A stretch of 32,000 nucleotides of DNA, from positions 570,001 through 602,000 of the forward strand of contig JACQJH010000001.1 of NCBI GenBank assembly GCA_016205145.1. Direction: 5' to 3'. Positions 25,363 to 32,000 of the stretch are shown here, in pieces. Both the position numbers and the translations under genes were made by a program. Each line of letters opens with the position of its first letter. Position 1 is the first letter of the stretch. The notes under the pieces are model-generated. The model saw nothing but the letters and a program-made list of their open reading frames with translations. It was not told the DNA's origin and searched no databases. This DNA is from Candidatus Iainarchaeum sp. Lineage in GTDB: Archaea; Iainarchaeota; Iainarchaeia; Iainarchaeales; JACQJH01.

Positions 25363-28050
25363 TCAGTTGGAAAGCAGGTGCTTCAGTTTCTGTGAATTCT
25401 GCGTTGAGCCGCGCGCGATTTTCGCGTTGCCGCCGCCTTTTCCGCCGGATTCCGCGAGGATTTTCTGCAGTTCGGCCTGCGCGTTTGCACTGCTGTCCCG
25501 GCCCGCGACTATTGCAATGCCTTCTGGCGAGCCGAGCAAAACAATTGCGTCTTTTCTTTCCGAGGCGATCTGCAATGCAAGCTTGAACAGCAGTTCGGAG
25601 TTCATGTTGTCGAAGAAATGGCCGATCCTGCCGCCGTGGGTTTGCAAAAGCTTTTTGACCACAAGCTCGGAGAGCCTTTCGTTGATCTGGCTGATTTCCT
25701 TTTTCTGTTCCTTCCATTCGGAGAAAAAGCGCTGCGTCGCCTTGGGCAAATCCGGCACCGGCACGTTGAGGTTTTGCGCGGATTCTTCCAGCAATTTTTC
25801 CTGCTGGTGCGAATGCCTTATCGCGGCCTCTCCTGCAACATAGACAATTCTTTCGATTCCGTCCTGCACGCCTTCGCGTTTCACGATTTTGAATGCGCCT
25901 ATTTCGCCTGTCCTTGAAACGTGCGTTCCGCCGCACGCTTCCACGTCGATGCCTTCGACCTGCACGACCCTCAATTCTTTTCCTGGCACATAGCCGCCCT
26001 GGTAGAGGCTGAAGCCGAATTTTTCCTCGGCCTTGTTGCGCGGCATGAAAGAAACTTGCACCGGCACGTTCTGCTGGATGAAAGCGTTCACCAGAAGCTC
26101 GAGCTGGTTGAGCTCTTCGCGCGAAATTTTCCTGAAATGCGTGATGTCCAGGTGCGCCTTGTCCTCGCCCTTGTGCGCGCCGGCCTGCCAGATGTGCCTG
26201 CCGAACAATTCCTTGCTTGCCGCATTCAGCAGGTGCGCGCCGGTGTGATGCGCCTTCAATTGTACCCTTCTTTTCCAGTCGATTTCCCCGAAAACCTTTT
26301 TGCCTTTCCTGAATTTTGAAGCGTCTTTGACTTCGTGCAGTACAACGCCTTCAATTTTCTGCGTGTCCAAAACCGGAACGCCGTCGATTGCGCCGGTGTC
26401 GCCGGCCTGTCCGCCGCCCTCGGCATAAAACGCGGTCTTGTCCAGAATGAGATAGTTTTCAATCGTTCCAAGAACGGTTGCATTGAAATTGCGCAGATTC
26501 TGGTCCTCGTAGTAAAGCATTTTCGTTTTTTTGAAGCCGGAAACGTTAAGCGCTTTCTGTTTCGCCTCGTCTTCCTTTTCGTTTTTCCTCGCAACCGAAC
26601 CATAAAAGTCGTCGGGCGCGCTGAATTCAAAGCCGTGCTTTTTCGCAATCTCTTCCACCAGTTCGAGCGGGATGCCGTCGCTTTCATACAGCCTGACAAG
26701 CTCCTTTTCATCGATGCTTTTGCCCTCGCTTTTCTTCCTTTCAACCAGGGCGGAAACTTTTTTCTGGCTGAATTCGCGCAGTTCCGAGAACTTTTTGCGT
26801 TCTTCGGCTATGACGTCAATCGCCGTCGAAACGCCTTCGCCGACGGTGTCATCAAAGCCCTTCAATTGTTTTGCGTGCCCCGCCAGTATTTCCTCGAAAT
26901 CGAGATTGAGGCCGAATTCCTCGTTGAAGCCGAAAACCCTTCTCAGAAGAAGGCGCAGGTTGTACCCTCCGCCGGCATTGCTCGGCAGCATTCCATCCGT
27001 TGCAGTGTAAAGGATTGTTTTGGTGTGGTCGGCGATGGCGTAAACCGCCTGGAGGCGGCGCATTTTGGAAAAGAGTTCTTTCTCGTCGAAGCCAAGCTGT
27101 TTTGCGATTTTCTTTTTCTGTTCGCCGATGTTAGATGCTTCGTCCACATTGAGGCTGCCGGACAGCTTTGCGAATTCAAGCAGGAGCTTTTTGTCTATGT
27201 CTATGCCGGCGGCTTTTTTCATTTTTTCCGCGACCTGTCCGAAAGTGATTTCATAGCTTGTCGGGTTTCCGTTCGTGAACCACGCCAATCTCTCCAAACC
27301 GGCGCCCATGTCAATCACGCGCGTTGAAAGCTCCTCGAACTTTCCCCCGCCGAGTTCCTTGAACTGCATGAAAACGCAGTTTCCCAATTCCAAGCCGTTG
27401 CAGAAATATTCTATGCACGGGCCGAAAGTTCCGCCGCCGGCCCAGACGTCTTCCTTGAAAATCACTTCCTCTTTTTTTGCACCCAAAACCTTTGTCACGT
27501 AAGTGAAATCATGGTGCAACGCCTCGTCTTTCCAATAAAAGTTTCCGGTCTTTTTAGAGTTGAATGCGTGCTGGCCGAACATGACAAAGCACGTGTAATG
27601 CGAACCCGTAACGCCGACATTCGTGATGTCGCCGAACCTGAGGGAAGTCTGCGGCACTATGAGGGGGTTTGCCGGCGGCTCGATTTCCCCGGAAACCACG
27701 TACGGCTGGAAGTCTATGATCGAAGCGTTTGTGAAATAGAGGTCGTCGCGCCACCTGCAGACAGTGGGATAACGCTTGATTTCGGTGTGCCCCTGCTTTT
27801 TGAAGTATTTTGCTATTTCGGCCCAGGTTTCAGTGTAACCCAGCCTTTTCGTCGGCTTGCCTATGAAACCGTAGCCCACGCATTTCGAGTCAGCGCAGAT
27901 TTCCCTGCCCGAATCGAGGGTCCAGAAATGCGTTTTGCAGCTTTTGCACTGTTTGCGCGAATAGCCCTTTTCAATCAGGGTTTCAACCTTGTAGTGCTTC
28001 TGCCATTCCTCGGCAAACTTCTTGCGCAGAATGGTCTTGTCCATTGCCAT
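25363..28050 (-). CDS. alaS: alanine--tRNA ligase, archaeal type
   Basis: 895 aa. N-terminal 'GYSRKQCKSCKTHFWTLD...CADSKC', 'FTNASIIDFQP', editing domain 'HTGAHLL' and 'CGGTH', C-terminal DHHA1 'GGKGGGNAKIARG'. Confidence 0.95.
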   Translation of the reverse strand: MAMDKTILRKKFAEEWQKHYKVETLIEKGYSRKQCKSCKTHFWTLDSGREICADSKCVGYGFIGKPTKRLGYTETWAEIAKYFKKQGHTEIKRYPTVCRWRDDLYFTNASIIDFQPYVVSGEIEPPANPLIVPQTSLRFGDITNVGVTGSHYTCFVMFGQHAFNSKKTGNFYWKDEALHHDFTYVTKVLGAKKEEVIFKEDVWAGGGTFGPCIEYFCNGLELGNCVFMQFKELGGGKFEELSTRVIDMGAGLERLAWFTNGNPTSYEITFGQVAEKMKKAAGIDIDKKLLLEFAKLSGSLNVDEASNIGEQKKKIAKQLGFDEKELFSKMRRLQAVYAIADHTKTILYTATDGMLPSNAGGGYNLRLLLRRVFGFNEEFGLNLDFEEILAGHAKQLKGFDDTVGEGVSTAIDVIAEERKKFSELREFSQKKVSALVERKKSEGKSIDEKELVRLYESDGIPLELVEEIAKKHGFEFSAPDDFYGSVARKNEKEDEAKQKALNVSGFKKTKMLYYEDQNLRNFNATVLGTIENYLILDKTAFYAEGGGQAGDTGAIDGVPVLDTQKIEGVVLHEVKDASKFRKGKKVFGEIDWKRRVQLKAHHTGAHLLNAASKELFGRHIWQAGAHKGEDKAHLDITHFRKISREELNQLELLVNAFIQQNVPVQVSFMPRNKAEEKFGFSLYQGGYVPGKELRVVQVEGIDVEACGGTHVSRTGEIGAFKIVKREGVQDGIERIVYVAGEAAIRHSHQQEKLLEESAQNLNVPVPDLPKATQRFFSEWKEQKKEISQINERLSELVVKKLLQTHGGRIGHFFDNMNSELLFKLALQIASERKDAIVLLGSPEGIAIVAGRDSSANAQAELQKILAESGGKGGGNAKIARGSTQNSQKLKHLLSN

Positions 28051-28066
28051 GGCGGTTCACTTTTAG

Positions 28067-28074
28067 ATTTAAAT
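28067..28074 (-). promoter_or_regulatory. TATA-like box (ATTTAAAT) for alaS
   Basis: 16 nt upstream of the ATG at 28050 and 22 nt upstream of the ATG at 28044. Confidence 0.4.
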
Positions 28075-28109
28075 CCGGACGCTGTTTTAACCTATTAGGC
28101 GTGCAAAGA

Positions 28110-28117
28110 TTTAAAAT
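28110..28117 (+). promoter_or_regulatory. TATA-like box (TTTAAAAT) for the 28139 ORF
   Basis: 21 nt upstream of the ATG at 28139. Confidence 0.45.
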
Positions 28118-28138
28118 CATTGGATTCGAATTGTTTGC

Positions 28139-28573
28139 ATGCGACCCAGGCGCAGGATAAACCGGCACATGATTGCGCGCAATCGTGCCACGGTGCGGGC
28201 CAGGCGCAGGGAAAAATCCCGGGCGCATGCGGAAACCTCGCACATCGAAAATCTGCGCACGGAAAGAGCTGCCGAGCATGAGCAATTTGTGATGGCTTCG
28301 GGGGACAGGACAAGCCTTCTTGAGGGCATTGAAGCAAATCTTGCCGGCATGGTGCGCTTGCTTGGGCGCGGCAGGCGGTTTTCGGACTTGCATATGCATG
28401 CTGAGGCGGCAATAGGGGGTTTTGAGCATTTGCTTGAAGTGGGCGGCCTGTCGGACTTGCAATCCCGTGCATGTTCGGACTTTATTGAAATTTTGAGGCG
28501 CGAAAACTTGTCCGCTGAGGACGTCCTGGGCGTCTGGCGGAAAACGTGCCTGCTTAAACTTGATAACTCCTGA
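28139..28573 (+). CDS. hypothetical protein, Arg-rich N-terminus plus helical C-terminal domain
   Basis: 144-aa ORF bracketed by a correctly spaced TATA box and a T6 run immediately after the TGA. No family recognised. 'RRFSDLH' could be an Rx4H (HEPN-like) motif, but this is weak. Confidence 0.45.
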   Translation: MRPRRRINRHMIARNRATVRARRREKSRAHAETSHIENLRTERAAEHEQFVMASGDRTSLLEGIEANLAGMVRLLGRGRRFSDLHMHAEAAIGGFEHLLEVGGLSDLQSRACSDFIEILRRENLSAEDVLGVWRKTCLLKLDNS

Positions 28574-28579
28574 TTTTTT
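28574..28579 (+). terminator. oligo-T tract (T6) directly after the stop of the 28139 ORF
   Basis: TGATTTTTTC. Archaeal termination typically uses oligo-T. Confidence 0.4.
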
Positions 28580-28594
28580 CCCGGTTGCAATTGG

Positions 28595-28624
28595 AAAAAG
28601 CGTTTGGCCGAAGATTGGGGCCAA
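28595..28624 (-). terminator. hairpin TTGGCC-N9-GGCCAA followed by T5, downstream of rnpB
   Basis: The minus strand reads uuggccccaaucuucggccaaacgcuuuuu just 3' of the P1 helix. Confidence 0.45.
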
Positions 28625-28627
28625 AAG

Positions 28628-28916
28628 TAAGGGCAGCGGGTGGTAAGCCGCCTTCTGTTCTGAACTGGCATCCGTCTAAGCGTGCGACAAAGGCACTTGC
28701 ACTGCAGCCTTTTCCGGCCGTTTCATCCTCGCGAAAAGAAGCTCAATTTTTTATCATCGTGCCTTTCCGCGGGTTCGTTTCTGTTCCGGAAAACCGGGAA
28801 ACCCTTTCGGGTTCCCTTGGCTTAAGCAGTGGGCGGACTTTCCTCAGCCGAAAACCATTGAAGGTTTTTGCCGCATTGAAGCGGCTTGGCCGTGAGCCAG
28901 CCTCCCGCTACCCTAT
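28628..28916 (-). ncRNA. rnpB: RNase P RNA
   Basis: The minus strand carries CR-I 'GAGGAAAGUCCGCCC' (about 28826-28840) and CR-IV 'ACAGAAGGCGGCUUACC' (about 28642-28658). P4 can form (AAG(U)CCGCC / GGCGGCUU). P1 is GGGUAGCGGG / CCCGCUGCCC and P2 is GGCUGGC / GCCAGUU. A GNRA hairpin GGGAACCC-GAAA-GGGUUUCCC and 'GAUGAAACGG' are present. TATA box 23 nt upstream of the 5' GGG. Confidence 0.9.
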
Positions 28917-28936
28917 AAGAATTGGCTTTCGAGGGC

Positions 28937-28943
28937 TTAAAAA
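28937..28943 (-). promoter_or_regulatory. TATA-like box (TTTTTAA) for rnpB
   Basis: 23 nt upstream of the first G of the P1 helix (about 28913). Confidence 0.5.
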
Positions 28944-29005
28944 CCTTTGTTTTTTGGCTTTTTTTCCCGCCGCAAAAAACCATCGTTATGTTTAAGTTAG
29001 ATGGG

Positions 29006-29013
29006 TATTTAAG
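29006..29013 (+). promoter_or_regulatory. TATA-like box (TATTTAAG) for the 29047 ORF
   Basis: 33 nt upstream of the ATG at 29047. GGTGGGGGT lies in the short leader. Confidence 0.4.
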
Positions 29014-29046
29014 CCATTGTTTGAAAAAGTTGGGTTGGTGGGGGTA

Positions 29047-29694
29047 ATGGCGAATCATAGTCTGCGCCGCGCGCGCAAGCCGGCAATTCCTGTGCTGTTA
29101 CAGCTTGTAAGGGAGCCTGAAAAGGAGGTTGCCTTTGCCAGAATCGGCGGCAGGTGGCAGTATATCCGCGGCCAGGAACGCACAAGGGCGAGCGTTTCAT
29201 GGTATGCGGAATACGAGCATTCCCTGCATTCGCACACCGAAGGCATCAGCGTCAGGCCGTTCAGAATCCGCGGAAAAGAATTCGAACTGCTGGAAGAGGC
29301 GCACGAGCTTTACACGAGCCCATGGGATGTCATGGACCTGCTGAATTTCGGAAAATCCGGGGACATCGCTTACATGCTCGATGGCAGGGTTGCGGCATAC
29401 CTTTTCCTCAAAAAAATTCCCGGCACTCCGCTCGGCATTCCCACAAGAAAATTTTCAAAGGCCCAGAAAGCGCTTGTGAAAAACCTTCTCGACTGGTACT
29501 GCCTGAGGCGCAAAATCAGGCTGGAAGGCGTTTCCGCAAGGGATATGAAAAAGCTTTTGCAGGCCGTGCATTTCATCAGGCGCGCCAAAAACTGGGCTAA
29601 AGCAGGCCTGAAAGCCGAATGGGCGGTAAAGCACGGCTTCAGGCGCGTGAGGAACAGGCTCGGATTCGATTACATTGTCAAAGACAGGCAATAG
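29047..29694 (+). CDS. hypothetical protein (215 aa), no recognised family
   Basis: ATG at 29047 preceded by GGTGGGGGT (the track's TTG at 29017 is less likely). Balanced amino-acid composition. Hairpin plus T5 at its stop codon. Confidence 0.6.
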   Translation: MANHSLRRARKPAIPVLLQLVREPEKEVAFARIGGRWQYIRGQERTRASVSWYAEYEHSLHSHTEGISVRPFRIRGKEFELLEEAHELYTSPWDVMDLLNFGKSGDIAYMLDGRVAAYLFLKKIPGTPLGIPTRKFSKAQKALVKNLLDWYCLRRKIRLEGVSARDMKKLLQAVHFIRRAKNWAKAGLKAEWAVKHGFRRVRNRLGFDYIVKDRQ

Positions 29695-29707
29695 CCTGCC
29701 TGTTTTT
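29684..29707 (+). terminator. hairpin ACAGGCA-N6-TGCCTGT followed by a T run; shared 3' end of convergent genes
   Basis: The stop codon TAG (29692-29694) sits in the loop. The T run is at 29703-29707. The methyltransferase gene stops 9 nt further on, on the other strand. Confidence 0.5.
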
Positions 29708-29715
29708 CCAAAGCC

Positions 29716-30348
29716 TTATCCTTTCTTTTCAAAACGAATGTTGTATCCGGCTTCAATGGAATTTCCCACCGGAATTTCGATGAACGTGCCGGCAACCTTG
29801 CAGCCCCAAAATCGCTTTTCCTTAGAGATTTTCTCAAGGAACCTGAACCCCTGTTCGTCCATGTTCGCATGCCACCTGTGCTCTTCGCCGACTGCAAACC
29901 AGAGCCTGACCGAAAGAAAGGCCCTGCCGCCATCAGCGAGGCAGGCGCAGATTTTTTGGAAAACCCTTTCGGTTTCGCCCACCTCATGCAATGCGCGGAA
30001 GGAAAACAGAATGTCGATGTTTTCCGGCAAATCCATTTCGACTGCGTCGCCTTGCAGGAACAAGTCAAACTGGTTGCTTTCAGGCTCAACCAAATCAACG
30101 CCAACGCAAAAAACCCTTTCGCCGAACAGCTTTTTCAGTTCGGCCATCGCCTTGCCGGAACCGCAGCCCAAATCCAAAATTCTCGCGCATTTCTTTTTCT
30201 GCAGCACTTCTTCAGCCAGCGCCTTGATTGTACTGCCTTTTGCAATCTGGTCAAGTATGCGGTCGTATTCCGCAAGAGACTGCTGCATGTCGACAATGCC
30301 GAGCGAATACTTTTTCCTCTGGTCTTCGGCTTCCGGCCTCACGTGCAT
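29716..30348 (-). CDS. class I SAM-dependent methyltransferase
   Basis: 'ARILDLGCGSGKAMAEL' (motif I), 'VGVDLVE', 'GDAVEMDLPENIDILFSFRALHEV', 'CLADGGRAFLSV'. The ATG at 30348 is 9 nt downstream of the vapC stop. Confidence 0.85.
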   Translation of the reverse strand: MHVRPEAEDQRKKYSLGIVDMQQSLAEYDRILDQIAKGSTIKALAEEVLQKKKCARILDLGCGSGKAMAELKKLFGERVFCVGVDLVEPESNQFDLFLQGDAVEMDLPENIDILFSFRALHEVGETERVFQKICACLADGGRAFLSVRLWFAVGEEHRWHANMDEQGFRFLEKISKEKRFWGCKVAGTFIEIPVGNSIEAGYNIRFEKKG

Positions 30349-30357
30349 CACCCCCGG

Positions 30358-30741
30358 TTAAATGACCGCCGCCTGCCCTGTCTTTTTGAAATGCCGGTCG
30401 CCGGTGAAAATTCTGGCCTCTTGCTCTATCGCCGTCGCCAGAATTATCGAATCAGCGAGGGAAAGGCCCAATTGCAGGCTGAGTTCTGCTGCATGAATTG
30501 CGGTCCTTTCTGTAAGTGCCAGTACAGTGGTCGAATCTATTATGTGGGCAATTGCAAGGAGTGCCTTCTTTTCGCCGGCATCCCTTTTAATCTTCTTGAA
30601 GACTTCAAAAAGCACGATCGTCGGAGTGAAATGCGTTTGCTTGGATGCCTTTTCTATAAGCGGCGCATACCTGCCGGCTTTCGGGGCATTTGCAAAATAC
30701 TCTATCCAGCCACTGGAATCAATCAAAACGTTCACTTTCAT
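30358..30741 (-). CDS. vapC: PIN-domain ribonuclease toxin VapC
   Basis: 127 aa. 'VLIDSSGWIEYF', 'LFEVFKK', 'SLADSIILATA', 'IFTGDRHF' give the four PIN acidic positions. Overlaps vapB by 23 nt (or less if GTG 30735 or TTG 30726 is the start). Confidence 0.85.
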   Translation of the reverse strand: MKVNVLIDSSGWIEYFANAPKAGRYAPLIEKASKQTHFTPTIVLFEVFKKIKRDAGEKKALLAIAHIIDSTTVLALTERTAIHAAELSLQLGLSLADSIILATAIEQEARIFTGDRHFKKTGQAAVI

Positions 30742-30931
30742 CCCTTACATTTTTGTTTGAAATGCCTGCCGCCATGCCGCGCAATTCCTTCAAGGTGCCG
30801 ATTTTGACAAGCTCTATCGAATTGCCTTTTTCTATTATTGCGAGCTTCTCACCCGCTTTCAGGTTCAGGTTCTGCCTCGCTTTCTTTGGAATGACAAGTT
30901 GGAATTTGCTTGATAAAGTCACAGTTTCCAT
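30719..30931 (-). CDS. vapB: AbrB/SpoVT-family antitoxin VapB
   Basis: 70 aa. 'LSSKFQLVIPKKARQNLNLKAGEKLAII' is a swapped-hairpin motif. Confidence 0.8.
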   Translation of the reverse strand: METVTLSSKFQLVIPKKARQNLNLKAGEKLAIIEKGNSIELVKIGTLKELRGMAAGISNKNVRDESERFD

Positions 30932-30954
30932 AAAACCACAGCAATATTATCGGC

Positions 30955-31011
30955 AAAAAGGCAGATAAATCTTACCTTTTGTCTATCGAACATGTTTTGT
31001 AAGATTTATGT
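30955..31011 (-). terminator. 13-nt inverted repeat (12/13 match) plus T5 at the 3' end of dinB
   Basis: AGATAAATCTTAC (30963-30975) and GTAAGATTTATGT (30999-31011) with a 23-nt loop. The right arm covers the dinB stop (31006-31008). On the minus strand the stem is followed by CTGCCTTTTT (the T5 run lies at plus-strand positions 30955-30959). Confidence 0.45.
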
Positions 31012-32000
31012 GAAATCGCCAAGGCTTTTCTGGGTTTTCGCACCTTGCACGTGCCGGACTTCTTTTTCCGACAGGCCCGACAACGATATTCCGGCGCGGC
31101 GCAGGGCAAGGCCCCTGTTTTGTTCGAAAAGCCTTTCAAAAAGCTCTTTTGCAGTCGCATTAATTGCCTGCAGGCCGTCAGTGGCAGCTTCCAGGGTTTT
31201 CGCGCGCGAAAACGATTCCAGTTTGTCGGAAATGCCGATTATTGACACGGTTTTGAAGGAAACGCCCTGTTTTTGCACGCGCTTATGCAGGTCTTCGGCA
31301 AGCCCTTCAATGAATTCCGCAACGTCTTTTGCATTTACGGCATCCTTTTTCATTGTGCCGATGCGCGACAACTGCTTCCTTTCATGCTCCTCGACTTCGC
31401 GTGAATCCCTGCCTTCAGCAAACTCCTTGAAAAGCAGCGCGCGCTTTTCGCCGCAGATTCCCTCAAGGCGTGCAAGGCTGAAACTGTGCAAATCCTTCAC
31501 GGTCTTGACGCCTTTTTCCGCCAATGCTTCCGAAGTTTTCGGGCCGATGCCGGGAATCTTGTCAGCGGGCATCGGAAACAGGAATTCTTTCTCATGGCCG
31601 GCTTCAATGACAGTTAAGCCTGCTGGCTTCTTGAATCCGGAGGCGATTTTTGCGACCATCTTGTTCGAGGCGACGCCCACACTGCAAGTGAGCTTTTCCT
31701 TTTGCAAAAGTTCCGCCTTTATGTGTTCAGCGATTTTTTTGCCTTCGCCGATTTTGCCGTCTGCTCTTTGGGAGACATCAAGATAGGCCTCATCGATTGA
31801 AACCTGTTCAAATGCATCCGCATTTTTTCGAAAAATCGCCATTATGCGGTCGGACACCTTTTTGTAATGATCCCTGTCCGCCTTGAGAAAAGCGGTTTCC
31901 GCATTCGCCCTTTTTTTCGCGAATGCGAGCGGCATTCCGGAATGGATGCCGAGGGCGCGGGCCTCATAATTGCAGGTAGCCACTGCACCGGAAGTTTCGG
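31006..32000 (-). CDS. dinB: DNA polymerase IV (Y-family, Dpo4/DinB), N-terminus off-window
   Basis: 'VATCNYEARALGIHSGMP', 'SIDEAYLDV', 'SVGVASNKMVAKIAS', 'IPGIGPKT'. The frame stays open to position 32000 (ETSGAVATCNYEAR), so the GTG at 31983 is not the real start. Confidence 0.9.
   Translation of the reverse strand, partial: ETSGAVATCNYEARALGIHSGMPLAFAKKRANAETAFLKADRDHYKKVSDRIMAIFRKNADAFEQVSIDEAYLDVSQRADGKIGEGKKIAEHIKAELLQKEKLTCSVGVASNKMVAKIASGFKKPAGLTVIEAGHEKEFLFPMPADKIPGIGPKTSEALAEKGVKTVKDLHSFSLARLEGICGEKRALLFKEFAEGRDSREVEEHERKQLSRIGTMKKDAVNAKDVAEFIEGLAEDLHKRVQKQGVSFKTVSIIGISDKLESFSRAKTLEAATDGLQAINATAKELFERLFEQNRGLALRRAGISLSGLSEKEVRHVQGAKTQKSLGDFT

Noticed and set aside
28121-28130. tRNA T-loop-like 'GGATTCGAA' (also at about 16285 inside argC)
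   Set aside because: There is no flanking 5-bp T-stem, acceptor stem or anticodon arm. One copy lies between TATA box and start codon and the other inside a coding region.
28585-29058. Track ORFs 28585..28995 (+), 28822..29058 (-), 28117..28671 (-) and 27983..28624 (-)
   Set aside because: They overlap the RNase P RNA gene and its promoter and terminator. Their translations are featureless.
1-32000. CRISPR arrays, IS elements/transposases, integrases, rRNA genes
   Set aside because: I saw no regularly spaced direct repeats, no terminal inverted repeats flanking a transposase-like ORF, and no integrase or recombinase motifs in any frame.

Overview
This looks like an archaeal chromosomal fragment. 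The support is an archaeal-type AlaRS with an N-terminal Cys cluster, an RNase P RNA, a Dpo4/DinB polymerase, aRelE/DUF2683-like modules, and A/T-rich TATA-like boxes about 21-33 nt upstream of most start codons (short-leader or leaderless architecture). All family names come from motif recognition by eye; no database search was run. Gene map: (1) 30-2914, a co-directional minus-strand island: a PolB-exonuclease-like DEDDy nuclease, two paralogous aRelE/DUF2683-like pairs flanking an orphan HicB-like gene, and an AbrB-PIN pair. (2) 3053-8301, envelope and accessory genes: a Cys-rich lipobox protein with three thrombospondin-type-1-like repeats, two VOC/glyoxalase genes and a DUF2207 membrane protein. 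(3) 8302-9583, a visibly G+C/Arg-codon-rich stretch of uncertain coding status that ends in a degenerate methyltransferase-like ORF. (4) 9591-18145, an ACT-domain putative regulator divergent from a seven-gene arginine cluster, argG-H-F-J-D-C-B. (5) 18245-28050: a VKOR-type thioredoxin-like lipoprotein, argS, a bacterial-type leuS, a PrcB-like lipoprotein and archaeal alaS. (6) 28139-32000: an Arg-rich orphan ORF, an RNase P RNA gene on the minus strand that the ORF track cannot show, a 215-aa orphan, a vapB-vapC-SAM methyltransferase three-gene cassette, and a 5'-truncated dinB. I found no CRISPR array, transposase, integrase, rRNA or convincing tRNA. The best candidates for something new are the vapBC-methyltransferase cassette, the TSR-like repeats in a Cys-rich surface lipoprotein, the unusual P3 region of the RNase P RNA, the orphan ORFs flanking rnpB, and the mosaic-looking LeuRS.
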